64,000 nucleotides of DNA, taken from contig OZ241362.1 of assembly GCA_965200315.1 (NCBI GenBank), positions 768,001 to 832,000 of the forward strand. The letters run 5' to 3'. The position numbers and the translations under genes are program-made. The stretch comes from Candidatus Latescibacterota bacterium. GTDB lineage: Bacteria > Latescibacterota > UBA2968 > UBA8231. Under the pieces are notes generated by a model. That model did not search any database. It worked only from the letters and a program-made list of their open reading frames with translations, and was not told the DNA's origin. Of the stretch, positions 1 to 9,431 are shown one piece after another; the stretch's first letter is position 1; each line of letters begins with the position of its first letter.

Positions 1-73
1 GGACTTCGGCCGGCGTTACTTCGGCGATTTCGGCCTTTACGCTCTCTAATAGCTGATTAGATGTAACAGTCAT
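1..73 (-). CDS. 5' part of a gene running off the window, probably a rhodanese-domain / MoeB(MoeZ)-like sulfur-transfer protein
   Basis: ATG (71-73) overlaps the iscS TGA (ATGA). It reads MTVTSNQLLESVKAEIAEVTPAEV, resembling the N-terminus of rhodanese-MoeB fusions. Only 24 codons are visible. Confidence 0.5.
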   Translation of the reverse strand, partial: MTVTSNQLLESVKAEIAEVTPAEV

Positions 74-1251
74 ACTCGCTCCTCGATTGCTAATGCACAG
101 TCGCGCACCTGCGCGACCTGCGCGACCATGCAGTCGATGGCAAATTCCACTTCTTCCATACTATTAAAACGCCCTAACCCAAAGCGCAGAGAAGCTCGCG
201 CCAAATCATCGCTTGCGCCGATGGCTTTGAGGACGTGCGAGGGTGCGCTCGTCCGCGATGAACAAGCCGCACCCGAAGACAACGCGATCTCCCGCAATCC
301 CAAGAGCAGCTCGGTTCCGTCCACCCCAGGAAAGCTCACGTTGAGATTGCCCGGCAGGCGTTCTTCCGCGTGACCATTGACGACCAAGGGGCCAAGCGCA
401 GCCTCTAGCCCGGCGCACAACCGCTGCCGCATCTGCACCAGCCGCGCCGCTTCCGCGGGCATTTCCTCGCGCCCCAACTGACAGGCACGCCCTAAACCGA
501 CGATGCCCGGCACGTTGAGGGTGCCGCCACGCAGGCCGCGCTCCTGTCCGCCGCCCTCGACTTGGGCCTGCAAGCGCACGCGCGGCTTGCGCGAGCGCAC
601 GTAGAGGAAACCGACGCCTTTGGGAGCGTAGAGCTTGTGGCCGGAGGCCGAGAGCAGGTCAATGCCGAGCGCCTCTACATCGAGCGGCACCTTGCCAACG
701 GCTTGGGCTGCGTCGCAGTGCCACAAGACGCCGCGCTCGCGGGCCAATCGCCCAATCGCCGCGAGCGGTTGCAAGACCCCAATTTCGTTGTTGGCGGCCA
801 TGAGCGAGATGAGGGCCGTCTGCGGCGTGATGGCCGCCGCGAGCTGGCCGAGGTCAATCTGACCGTAGCGGTCCACAGGTAAATAAGTTACCTCCACCCC
901 TTGTTTTTCCAAGGTGTGGCAACACTCCAAGACGGCCTTGTGCTCAGTGGCACAGGTGATGATATGCGCTTTAGGGGGCACCATCTGCACCGCGCCTTTG
1001 ATAGCCAAATTGTTGGCCTCTGTAGCTCCGGCCGTAAAGACGATCTCCTGAGTGCGCGCACCGATTAACCCGGCCACCTGTTCCCGCGCCTTGTCGACCG
1101 CGGCGGCGGCGGCCAAACCAAAGGCGTGGGTCTTGCTAGACGCATTGCCGAAGTGCGTACCAAAGTACGGCAACATGTCCGCCAAAACGCGCGGGTCCAC
1201 CGGCGTGGTGGCCATATTGTCCATATAAACTGGAATTTGCACGACCGTCAC
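70..1251 (-). CDS. iscS: Cysteine desulfurase (IscS/NifS group I)
   Basis: Motifs YMDNMATTP, FTAGATEANN, HCDAAQ, PLP-lysine SGHKLYAPKG and catalytic SSGAACSS. Confidence 0.95.
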   Translation of the reverse strand: MTVVQIPVYMDNMATTPVDPRVLADMLPYFGTHFGNASSKTHAFGLAAAAAVDKAREQVAGLIGARTQEIVFTAGATEANNLAIKGAVQMVPPKAHIITCATEHKAVLECCHTLEKQGVEVTYLPVDRYGQIDLGQLAAAITPQTALISLMAANNEIGVLQPLAAIGRLARERGVLWHCDAAQAVGKVPLDVEALGIDLLSASGHKLYAPKGVGFLYVRSRKPRVRLQAQVEGGGQERGLRGGTLNVPGIVGLGRACQLGREEMPAEAARLVQMRQRLCAGLEAALGPLVVNGHAEERLPGNLNVSFPGVDGTELLLGLREIALSSGAACSSRTSAPSHVLKAIGASDDLARASLRFGLGRFNSMEEVEFAIDCMVAQVAQVRDCALAIEERV

Positions 1252-1575
1252 TCAGGCACTGAAGGACTCACCGCAGCCGCAGGTGGTGCGGGCGTTGGGG
1301 TTTTCAATTTTAAAGCCCGCACCCATCAACCCGTCTTGGTAGTCGAGGATTACGCCGTTGAGATAAAGGCTGCTCTTCATGTCGATGAAGACCTTGACGC
1401 CGGCGATCTCAAAGACATGGTCCATGTCGCCGGCACCTTCCTCGAAATCGAGCTTGTATTGGAACCCTGAACACCCCCCCCCCATCACGCCCATGCGCAG
1501 CCCATGCCCCTCGTTGCCCTGTTCGCCGAGCAAGTCCCTGATCTTCTCGGCTGCCGCTTCCGTTATAGTTACCAT
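1252..1575 (-). CDS. iscA: A-type Fe-S carrier (HesB/IscA/ErpA family)
   Basis: MVTITEAAA start, GGGCSGFQY and C-terminal CGCGESFS; start trimmed to the ATG at 1575. Confidence 0.93.
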   Translation of the reverse strand: MVTITEAAAEKIRDLLGEQGNEGHGLRMGVMGGGCSGFQYKLDFEEGAGDMDHVFEIAGVKVFIDMKSSLYLNGVILDYQDGLMGAGFKIENPNARTTCGCGESFSA

Positions 1576-1586
1576 ATTGTATCCCC

Positions 1587-2048
1587 TCAAGATTCGTAAA
1601 TGGCGCATTCGATGAGGTCGGGAACCTCGTCGTGCCGCCGATAGACCTCGCAGTGGTGACAATCCCGCTCAACGACCTTGACCGTACAGCAAAAACAGCC
1701 ACTGAGAATTTCAATGGCCCGCCGGTTCCGCTCCTTCATCAGCGAATACTGGCGAATGCGCTCGTCGATCCGACGCTCTTGCTCGGTGAGGTGCTCGACG
1801 AGCTCGCGCGCCAAGCCGCCGCCCGACTCGTTGTAGTGCTTCAGGTTGAAGAACACGCGAATGTGCTCTAGATCGAACCCCAAATTTTTGAGGCTTTGGA
1901 CGATTTGCAAACGGCGCAATTGCGCTTCCGAATACAGGCGGAACCCGCCGGTGGTGCGCTCTTCTGGCTCGACGATTCCCAGTTCTTCATAGTAGCGAAT
2001 CGTGCGCGGTGTGACCCCGGCCTTGGCGGCCAAATCCCCTATTTGCAT
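1587..2048 (-). CDS. MerR-family transcriptional regulator with Cys-rich C-terminus
   Basis: MerR HTH IGDLAAKAGVTPRTIRYYEELG...GGFRLY, coiled coil, then CFCC-x8-CHHC-x14-C. Confidence 0.92.
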   Translation of the reverse strand: MQIGDLAAKAGVTPRTIRYYEELGIVEPEERTTGGFRLYSEAQLRRLQIVQSLKNLGFDLEHIRVFFNLKHYNESGGGLARELVEHLTEQERRIDERIRQYSLMKERNRRAIEILSGCFCCTVKVVERDCHHCEVYRRHDEVPDLIECAIYES

Positions 2049-2081
2049 GGAGGCATCCTTCGCTGCGAAGTTCTGGCAAGC

Positions 2082-2110
2082 AATGTACTTGACGTGAACG
2101 TAAGTGTCAA
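2082..2110 (-). promoter_or_regulatory. Sigma70-type promoter of the merR-iscA-iscS operon with an overlapping palindromic operator
   Basis: Minus strand TTGACA (2110-2105), 17 bp, TACATT (2087-2082). Contains TTGAC...GTCAA (2089-2110) and an inner ACGT-N2-ACGT. Confidence 0.7.
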
Positions 2111-2197
2111 TGAATCAACCACACACAAGCCTCTTATCCTATATTCTATTAAAATATGTCAAGCCAACATCTCCGAAAGAGCGAGGATATAAGCGCA

Positions 2198-2758
2198 ATG
2201 ATCGCATGCATTGCATTCTGTCTAGTCTGGTTGACCACTCCCCTAGCGGCTACTACAGTCCAGCACTTCAACCTAGCGGCCTTGACTGCCAACTCCGAAC
2301 GCATCGTCGTCGGGGTCTGCCGCCAAGCCCAGCCCCAATGGGTGCGCGGGCAGATCTATACCCGCTATGTGTTCTCCATCTCCCAAGCCATCAAAGGGCC
2401 AGCGACCACGCAACTGGAATTGCACCTGCCCGGCGGACATCTGCAAGACACTGTTACCCGCATCGTCGGCATGCCCATCTTCGTCCCGGGGGATGAAGCC
2501 GTGCTCTTTCTCACCGCGGCAAACGCATTGGGACACTCTTGGCCGGTCGGACTCGCTCAAGGACGCTTCGCCATCAAGCGCAGCACAACCAACAGCCCAC
2601 GCGTCTTTCAAGAGTTAGACGGACTTGCGCTGCACACCGAGCCACACAGCGCCCCCAAAAAGGCACCGCCCGACGAACCCGTCCAAGGTATGCCGCTCGA
2701 TCAGTTTTTGGCGCGGGTGCGCACCCTGACCGAAGCCCAAACACCCGATGCGTACTAG
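2198..2758 (+). CDS. Secreted hypothetical protein (possible propeptide or partner of the downstream protease)
   Basis: Hydrophobic signal peptide MIACIAFCLVWLTTPLAA; overlaps the next start codon. Confidence 0.75.
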   Translation: MIACIAFCLVWLTTPLAATTVQHFNLAALTANSERIVVGVCRQAQPQWVRGQIYTRYVFSISQAIKGPATTQLELHLPGGHLQDTVTRIVGMPIFVPGDEAVLFLTAANALGHSWPVGLAQGRFAIKRSTTNSPRVFQELDGLALHTEPHSAPKKAPPDEPVQGMPLDQFLARVRTLTEAQTPDAY

Positions 2759-5246
2759 CAGCTTACTGCTTGGCTGCCTGATCGTCGCCATGCCTAGCCA
2801 CGGCTTTCTCATCCAGACCTTTGAATCCCGGTTTGGCAACCAAGTCCAGCAGAGCTGGCGCCACCCCGACCGCATTCCCTTTGTGCTCCACGCCGCCGGT
2901 TCCGACGACCTATCCCCTGCTCAGACCCATGCGTTGCTCCGCGAGAGTTTTCAGGTCTGGAGCAACGTACCTACGGCACGGGTGAATTTTGTCGATCAGG
3001 GCACAATCCGCAACGTCCCAACCCAAGGAGATGGGCGCAACCTGATCTACTTCGACGAGACAGGACGCTATCTGGACGCCCCGCCCGAGGCCGGCGTCAT
3101 TGCCATAACCCGCATCCAGTCCCATTCTGCGACCGGCCACATCACGGACGCGGACATCATCTTTAACGGGCGCGATTTCCGCTTTTCCGCTAGCGACGAC
3201 AGCGGCAACCTCAAAGACGTGGCCGTCCACGAAATCGGCCACCTGCTCGGGCTTGAACACACCCCGCTCGACGGCCCCCCGCCTATCCGCCCCACCATGA
3301 CCCCCTTCAACCACAGTGAAGCGCAAAGCCTCGAACCCGATGACATCGCTGGCGTCAGCTTCCTCTATCCGGCCGTTGGCTACCAAGACAGCGTCGGCAG
3401 CATCGCCGGCCAAGTCCGCAACTTCGACCAACAGCCACTCTTCGGCACCCATATCAAGGCCGAAAACCTCGACACCGGCGAACTGTTCAGCACCGTCTCG
3501 GGTGCCGACCCAAGCTCCGTTACGGTCGGCCACTACCGGCTGCACGGCTTGACGCCGGGCCGCTACCGCCTGAGTCTCGCGCCCATTGCCGGGGCGATTA
3601 ATGAAGAGAACTTCGGCGGTGTTTTCACTGATTTTGCCACTGGATTCCCCGCGGAGTTCTACGACAACGACCACGACCACACCTACGCCCGCGTCCTCGA
3701 CTTGGCCGCTGCCCAGCACATCGGCGATGTCGATTTCATCTCCGATTTTGCCGTCCCCGGCTATCCCTTCGTCCTCCCCATAGCCCTGCTCACCAACACC
3801 CCCGATACCCAAGGCCCTTATCCAGTGCGCGTCGCAACCCGCGATGCTGTCATCGCGTGGCTCCTCTATCAGGTTGACGGCAGGAACACACAGCGCCTGC
3901 AAATGCAGCCGCAAGACAGCCTCTTCGTCGCCCAAATTCCCGGCCAGCGCACTGGCACGCGCATCGCCTATCAACTCGAAGCCCACGGTGCCGACGGCAA
4001 GGTCTCGTACTTTCCCTATGCGGACGCTTGGCTCGACTTCACGGTCGTCGAACTGACCGGAGCCCCACTCGCCTTTACCGCCTTGCGCGGCGACGATGCC
4101 ATCGGCGTGGTCGATACAGGTACCCGCCGCGAGCTAGCGCGCATCCCCGTCGGCGACGAGCCGATCCAAATGATCCTAGCCGGCGACCAACTCTTCGTGT
4201 CCAACCTCTCATCGAACGATCTCCGCATCATCGACACCGCGACCTTCCAAGTCCAAGCGCACATCGAGACCGCGGTCCAGCCCCTCGACCTAGCCCTTGC
4301 ACCCGACGGCAAAACGCTCTACGCGACCAACTCGGGCGCGAATGCGCTGACCATCGTCGATGTTGAGTCGGGCCAAGTGCGCACCGTTGAGATCGCCAAC
4401 GCGGGTGAAGGACTGTACGGCATTGCCGCCACGACCGACAAGATATTCACCACCGACATCGCTGGCAGCCAAGTCCTCGTCCTCTCGCCGCAAGGCCGCA
4501 TAACCGGCCGCATCCCAGTGCCAGCGAAACCGCGCTCGCTTGCCCTCGCACCCGATGGCAAGACGCTTTATGTAACCAGCATGGACACGGGCCGCTTGAC
4601 TGCCATCGACGCCGACGGCGCAACCGTCGCGCACACCATCGACTTAGGCGTCAGCGGCACCTTTGCCATCGCGGCCAGCCCCGACGGCCGCAAGCTCTAT
4701 TCGACCGCGTATCGCGAAGGCGCCCTCCTAGTCGTCGATGCGGCCAGCGGAACCCTGCACAAAAAGCTCGCCATAGGCCGCAATCCACGGGCCATTGCCT
4801 TCGCGCCCGACGGTACGCAGGCGTACGTCACCAGTTCCTTTTCCAATGAGATCCACATCGTCGATGCCGTGCGCGACTCCGTTGTCGGCCACTACGCAAC
4901 CGGCCAGAATCCCCGCGGCATCGCGCTTACCCAGCCGGTTCGGCCCACGACTACAGTCCGACATCCCACCCACTTCTCCCTAGCACCAACCTTCCCCAAC
5001 CCTTTCAACGGCTCGACGCAAATCACCTACACACTCGCCGCCGAGACCCCGGTCGAGCTCCACGTGTACAACGCCCTCGGCCAAGCCGTGCGCACTCTTT
5101 TGCGTCAGCAGCGGGCGGCGGGGACGCATCGGATTTATTGGGATGGAAAAGACGATCAAGGACGGGCGCTGGCCAGCGGCACCTACTTGCTCATCATGCG
5201 CGCCGGCGCGGTGCACCAAACGACGAAGATGTTACTCCTGCGCTGA
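2748..5246 (+). CDS. Secreted matrixin-like (M10) metalloprotease with YVTN beta-propeller and C-terminal FlgD-Ig/T9SS-like domain
   Basis: Signal peptide; HEIGHLLGLEH plus Met-turn (PTM); repeated xxPDGKTLYV blades; FPNPFN...YNALGQ...WDGKDDQG...SGTY...TKMLLLR. Confidence 0.88.
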   Translation: MRTSSLLLGCLIVAMPSHGFLIQTFESRFGNQVQQSWRHPDRIPFVLHAAGSDDLSPAQTHALLRESFQVWSNVPTARVNFVDQGTIRNVPTQGDGRNLIYFDETGRYLDAPPEAGVIAITRIQSHSATGHITDADIIFNGRDFRFSASDDSGNLKDVAVHEIGHLLGLEHTPLDGPPPIRPTMTPFNHSEAQSLEPDDIAGVSFLYPAVGYQDSVGSIAGQVRNFDQQPLFGTHIKAENLDTGELFSTVSGADPSSVTVGHYRLHGLTPGRYRLSLAPIAGAINEENFGGVFTDFATGFPAEFYDNDHDHTYARVLDLAAAQHIGDVDFISDFAVPGYPFVLPIALLTNTPDTQGPYPVRVATRDAVIAWLLYQVDGRNTQRLQMQPQDSLFVAQIPGQRTGTRIAYQLEAHGADGKVSYFPYADAWLDFTVVELTGAPLAFTALRGDDAIGVVDTGTRRELARIPVGDEPIQMILAGDQLFVSNLSSNDLRIIDTATFQVQAHIETAVQPLDLALAPDGKTLYATNSGANALTIVDVESGQVRTVEIANAGEGLYGIAATTDKIFTTDIAGSQVLVLSPQGRITGRIPVPAKPRSLALAPDGKTLYVTSMDTGRLTAIDADGATVAHTIDLGVSGTFAIAASPDGRKLYSTAYREGALLVVDAASGTLHKKLAIGRNPRAIAFAPDGTQAYVTSSFSNEIHIVDAVRDSVVGHYATGQNPRGIALTQPVRPTTTVRHPTHFSLAPTFPNPFNGSTQITYTLAAETPVELHVYNALGQAVRTLLRQQRAAGTHRIYWDGKDDQGRALASGTYLLIMRAGAVHQTTKMLLLR

Positions 5247-6185
5247 CTCTACTGATCCGACAAACCCATCGACACTGAAATAGCGGAATCCCGTATCGCA
5301 AAGCATGGTCACCAGCCGGGCCTCCGGGCCCAGAGCACTGGCCACCTGCAAACTGGCCGCCACATTGGCCCCAGAAGAAGGCCCCAACAGCAACCCTTCC
5401 TCGCGGGCTAAGCGGCGAGTGCAGTGAAACGCCTCGTCGTCGTCTATCTGCACGATCTGGTCAATCAATTCCCGGTCGAGGACTTCTGGCACAAAACCCG
5501 CGCCAATCCCCTGAATGCCGTGCAAGTCGGCTGCGCCCCCCGCCAGCACGGGCGAGCGCTTAGGCTCGACCGCTACTATACGCACGTCCGGCACGGCCTG
5601 CTTAAGCACCTCCCCAACGCCGGTTATGGTGCCGCCAGTCCCCACTCCGGCGACAAAGGCGTCCAACTCGCCTCTGGTGGCCGCGAGGATTTCCTCGGCC
5701 GTGGCCCGGCGATGGGCCTCCGGGTTGGCCGGGTTAGCAAATTGCTGGGGAATAAACACGCCTGCGGGATCGGCCGCCTTCATCTCTTCGGCCCTGCGGA
5801 TGGCCCCGACCATGTCTGCGGCCGCCGGCGTCAGCACTATCTCTGCGCCGTAACTAGCCATGACTTGTCGCCGCTCCAAACTCATGCTCTCGGGCATGGT
5901 CAGCACCAGTCGGTAGCCTAGTACGGCCGCGGCGAGAGCCAGTGCGATTCCGGTGTTGCCGCTGGTAGGCTCGACGATGGTCATGCCCTTTTTGAGCTGG
6001 CCAGTCGCCTCGGCGGCGCGGATCATGCTAACGCCGATGCGGTCTTTGACGCTGCCGGTTGGGTTGCGCGCTTCGAGCTTGCCGTAGAGCTGGCTGCCGT
6101 TGGCCGGCGCGACTCGGTAGAGGCGCACGAGCGGCGTGTCCCCCACCAACTGCAACATATCGTCTGCGGTCTTGCGCTTGCTCAT
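5232..6185 (-). CDS. cysK: Cysteine synthase A
   Basis: [45 protein letters not shown]; start trimmed to MSKRKT. Confidence 0.93.
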   Translation of the reverse strand: MSKRKTADDMLQLVGDTPLVRLYRVAPANGSQLYGKLEARNPTGSVKDRIGVSMIRAAEATGQLKKGMTIVEPTSGNTGIALALAAAVLGYRLVLTMPESMSLERRQVMASYGAEIVLTPAAADMVGAIRRAEEMKAADPAGVFIPQQFANPANPEAHRRATAEEILAATRGELDAFVAGVGTGGTITGVGEVLKQAVPDVRIVAVEPKRSPVLAGGAADLHGIQGIGAGFVPEVLDRELIDQIVQIDDDEAFHCTRRLAREEGLLLGPSSGANVAASLQVASALGPEARLVTMLCDTGFRYFSVDGFVGSVESAQE

Positions 6186-8242
6186 CCCTCGGCCTTTAGC
6201 TGCTCCGCCAACTCTGCGGCCGTGGACAAGGGCCGCGAGCAGGTCGCGTCGCGACACACGTACGCCCGTCCACCGACGGACAGCTTCCCCTCTAGGAGCG
6301 GCAACGCAGCTTCGGCTTCATCCGCCCCAACGCCGGCAGCCAACACGACCTTATTGGGCACAAAGCACCGATGCAGCGCGGCCGCAAAAGCGCGGCACTC
6401 GGCTTGGTCTCCCACCAAGGCAACCTCCGTGGGCCTAGTCAAGTAGAAGTCGAGGGCGCAGAGCATCTGCGCTCCAGCGGAAGGGGCACGGCGCAATAAC
6501 TGCTCAAAGAGGACGAGGGTCTGCTCGCCCTGCTGCCACAACGCCTGATCGCCCTTCATCGCCCCCAAGCGCAACAGCACCAAAGCACCCAGCGAGTTGC
6601 CCGAGGGCGTGGCGTTGTCAAACGGGTTCTTGGTGCGCACGATCAAGTCGGTCGCCTCGGCCCCCGCATAGAAAAATCCTCCGCGCTCCCCATCCCAAAA
6701 CCGCGCAACCATGTCGGCGGCCCAGTGCTCGGCGGCGACCAAGAAGCGCAACTCAAAACTCGCCTCATACAGGTCGAGCAAGCCGTTGACCAAACCAGCG
6801 TAATCGTCCTGATAGGCCGGAATCCGCGCCCGACCATCCTTGTAGGTGTGCAGGAGACGGCCGTCGCAGACCATGCGCTCCAAGATGAAGTCGGCCGCCT
6901 CGACCGCCGCTCGTAGGTAGCGACGCTCCCCGATAACCTGATAGGCGCGGGCCATCGCGCTGATCATCAGCCCGTTCCAAGCCGTCAGGATTTTGTCGTC
7001 GCGCCCGGGGGCCACGCGCTCCTGCCGCACCGCCAATAGCACCGCGCCCCCGCGCTCTACGACTTGTGCCAGCCGCTCCGGCGCTACCTTGAGCAAGCGC
7101 GCAACGCCCTCTAGTTCGTTTTCCACGTGCAAGATATTGCGCCCGTGCTCGAAGTTGCCCTCGGGCACAACGCCGTAATAGCGGGCAAAGAGCGCGGCAT
7201 CTTCTTCGCCCAACAGGGCCTCAATGTCCTCCAAAAGCCAAGTAAAAAACAGACCTTCTTCGCCCTCGCTGTCCGCGTCCTGCGCCGCGTAGAAGCCACC
7301 TTTGGGCTGCGTCATCTCGCGCAGCACGTAGCCGAGGGTGTGCTCGACGACCTCGCGGTAGAATTCGTCTTGAGTCGCCTGATAGGCTTCGAGATACGTC
7401 CACACCAACAAGGCGTTGTCGTAGAGCATTTTCTCAAAGTGGGGCACGAGCCAGCGCTCATCCACCGAATAGCGGTGAAAACCCCCGCCAAGCTGGTCGT
7501 ACATCCCTCCCCTAGCCATGCGCTTGAGCGTGTGCTCAGCGATTGCCAGCGCGCGTTGGTCTCCTCGTCTAACATAGCGCCGCAACAGCAGGGACAAGCT
7601 CATGCTCGGCGGAAATTTAGGCGCACCGCCAAATCCGCCAAACCTATCGTCATACGTGGATTTGAGCTGCGCACAGGCTCCGTCGAGGACCTCTTCTCCG
7701 GGAACGCTGCCCGGCGTCAAAAACTCGGCGTGCTGCTGGAGTGCGCGCATCAGTTCAGCGTTTTTTTCGGCGACGCCAGCGCGATTTTCCCGGTAGTAAT
7801 CCGCTATCGCTTGCAGCACCCGCGGAAAGCCCGGCCGCCCATAGCGATCTTCGGGCGGGTAGTACGTCCCGCCGTAAAAAGGCTGCAAATCCGGCGTCAG
7901 AAACACCGTCATCGGCCAGCCTCCTTGGCCGGTCATGGCCTGCACGGCCGTCATGTAAATCTCATCGACATCGGGCCGTTCTTCGCGATCAACCTTAATG
8001 TTGATAAAGTGCTCGTTCATGCGCTGGGCGATTTGCTCGTTTTCAAAAGATTCGCGCTCCATGACGTGGCACCAATGGCAGGCCGAATACCCCACTGAAA
8101 GCAAAATGGGCCGATCGGCGGCCCGGGCCGCGGCCAGCGCTTCCTCGCCCCAAGGATACCAATCGACGGGGTTATGGGCGTGCTGGCGCAAGTACGGGCT
8201 GGATTCGTTGGCGAGGCGATTGGTGTGCTTGGGATCAGACAT
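6182..8242 (-). CDS. Thioredoxin-domain + six-hairpin glycosidase-like protein (YyaL/SSP411 family)
   Basis: [61 protein letters not shown]; the true start lies inside the longer 1020-aa ORF. Confidence 0.92.
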   Translation of the reverse strand: MSDPKHTNRLANESSPYLRQHAHNPVDWYPWGEEALAAARAADRPILLSVGYSACHWCHVMERESFENEQIAQRMNEHFINIKVDREERPDVDEIYMTAVQAMTGQGGWPMTVFLTPDLQPFYGGTYYPPEDRYGRPGFPRVLQAIADYYRENRAGVAEKNAELMRALQQHAEFLTPGSVPGEEVLDGACAQLKSTYDDRFGGFGGAPKFPPSMSLSLLLRRYVRRGDQRALAIAEHTLKRMARGGMYDQLGGGFHRYSVDERWLVPHFEKMLYDNALLVWTYLEAYQATQDEFYREVVEHTLGYVLREMTQPKGGFYAAQDADSEGEEGLFFTWLLEDIEALLGEEDAALFARYYGVVPEGNFEHGRNILHVENELEGVARLLKVAPERLAQVVERGGAVLLAVRQERVAPGRDDKILTAWNGLMISAMARAYQVIGERRYLRAAVEAADFILERMVCDGRLLHTYKDGRARIPAYQDDYAGLVNGLLDLYEASFELRFLVAAEHWAADMVARFWDGERGGFFYAGAEATDLIVRTKNPFDNATPSGNSLGALVLLRLGAMKGDQALWQQGEQTLVLFEQLLRRAPSAGAQMLCALDFYLTRPTEVALVGDQAECRAFAAALHRCFVPNKVVLAAGVGADEAEAALPLLEGKLSVGGRAYVCRDATCSRPLSTAAELAEQLKAEG

Positions 8243-8292
8243 GGTATTAATAATACGATTCACTAGCCGTTGGCGATAGGGTGCGGGCGGTC

Positions 8293-9244
8293 CTATTGAC
8301 CGCACACCTGAAGGTAGTCTTCTAGCTCGCCGACGATGGCGCGGAAGCACCGCTCGGCCTCGGCGCGGATGTCCGCCCTCTCGCGGCGGCAGTGCAGGGG
8401 CCACACCTGCTCCCGATAGCACCTTTCGAGGGCATCCTGATAGGCCGAGGGTAAGGCCGCAATCTGCAATGCGCGAATTTCCGCCAAAGCTGATATTCGG
8501 CGTACCCACTCCGTTGGCGTAAGCGGCGATCTGCTCGCGACCCAGCCGCGTCTTAAAAAAAACCAAACGTAAAACGGATTGAGCCCCTCCAAGCGCTTCT
8601 GGCGGCTTGCTGCGGCGCAAGACAACCAAGGCCGTCTGCACCTTGTCGAAGGCTTTAGGCAGAGCGACGACCGCCCGCACCTCAGCGCACGCTAACAACC
8701 AGTCGCGCTCGGCCTGCCGCCGGGCATTGGCGAGGAAGCCCTCGGGCAATATCAGGGCCATCCAACCAGCGGGCCGGGTCAGTTGCAGGGCGCGCTCGAC
8801 AAAAAGCAACTCCACCGGGAAGGAGCGCACCTGCTTTTGTCCATCGAGCAGCCCAAAGCGCCGGGCGAGCCGACAGGGATCATCGGCCCCAAACAAGGGC
8901 AACATCGGCCCCAATTTGCCAAAAGGCGGGTTGGCCAACACGCAATCGAACGACTCGTCCGCCACCTCGGGAAAGGTGCCGAGCAAGCCGTCTCCGGTAT
9001 AAAAGCGATCGGCCTGACTGCGCCCCCGCTCGGCTAACCCCGCGTCAATCTCAATGCCTGTGGTCTGATAGGCTCGCCCGACAACACCCAACAACGCCCC
9101 TTCGCCCGCTGCTGGCTCAACCACGCGCGCTCCAGCCCCCAACTCTTTTCCCGCGAGCGTGCGCACCGCGTCCCAAACCAACTGCGCTACTGCCGGGGGT
9201 GTAAAGTGCTGCGCTAGAATTTTCGCGTTTCCTCCGTTACTCAT
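8293..9244 (-). pseudogene. Degenerate N6-adenine DNA methyltransferase with a remnant HsdS/TRD-like C-terminus
   Basis: QHFTP, motif I VEPAAGEG, motif [15 protein letters not shown]. The C-terminal TRD-like segment is split between two frames. Confidence 0.7.
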
Positions 9245-9343
9245 TAGTGTATCCCATTTGGGGCAATGGCCGCTTATCGCGGCTCGTCAAACGACCTACA
9301 TAACAAATTGCCGAACAGACCATTGGGCACTCAAGCGGATCGC

Positions 9344-9359
9344 TGGCACACTTTCTGCT
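9344..9359 (+). promoter_or_regulatory. Putative sigma54 (-24/-12) promoter upstream of the ssb paralogue
   Basis: TGGCACACTTTCTGCT with GG at 9345-46 and GC at 9357-58 (GG-N10-GC). An imperfect palindrome TATCCCATTTGGGGCA at 9250-9265 is a possible upstream activator site. Confidence 0.55.
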
Positions 9360-9431
9360 AACACCCTAGCCAGGCGGTCCGCCAACGGACCCTCACCCAT
9401 TCATCCACGCTCATCTATCAGGAGAAACCCC

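Noticed and set aside
2910-3986. Long antisense or alternate-frame ORFs (also 7127-8098, 12180-13136, 24542-25390, 31279-32232, 41149-42024)
   Set aside because: These are shadow ORFs expected in high-GC coding DNA; they lack motifs and overlap well-supported genes.
6182-9244. 1020-aa MTase-YyaL fusion protein from the ORF track
   Set aside because: The linker is an out-of-frame reading of a TRD-like remnant, and YyaL has its own typical start at 8242.
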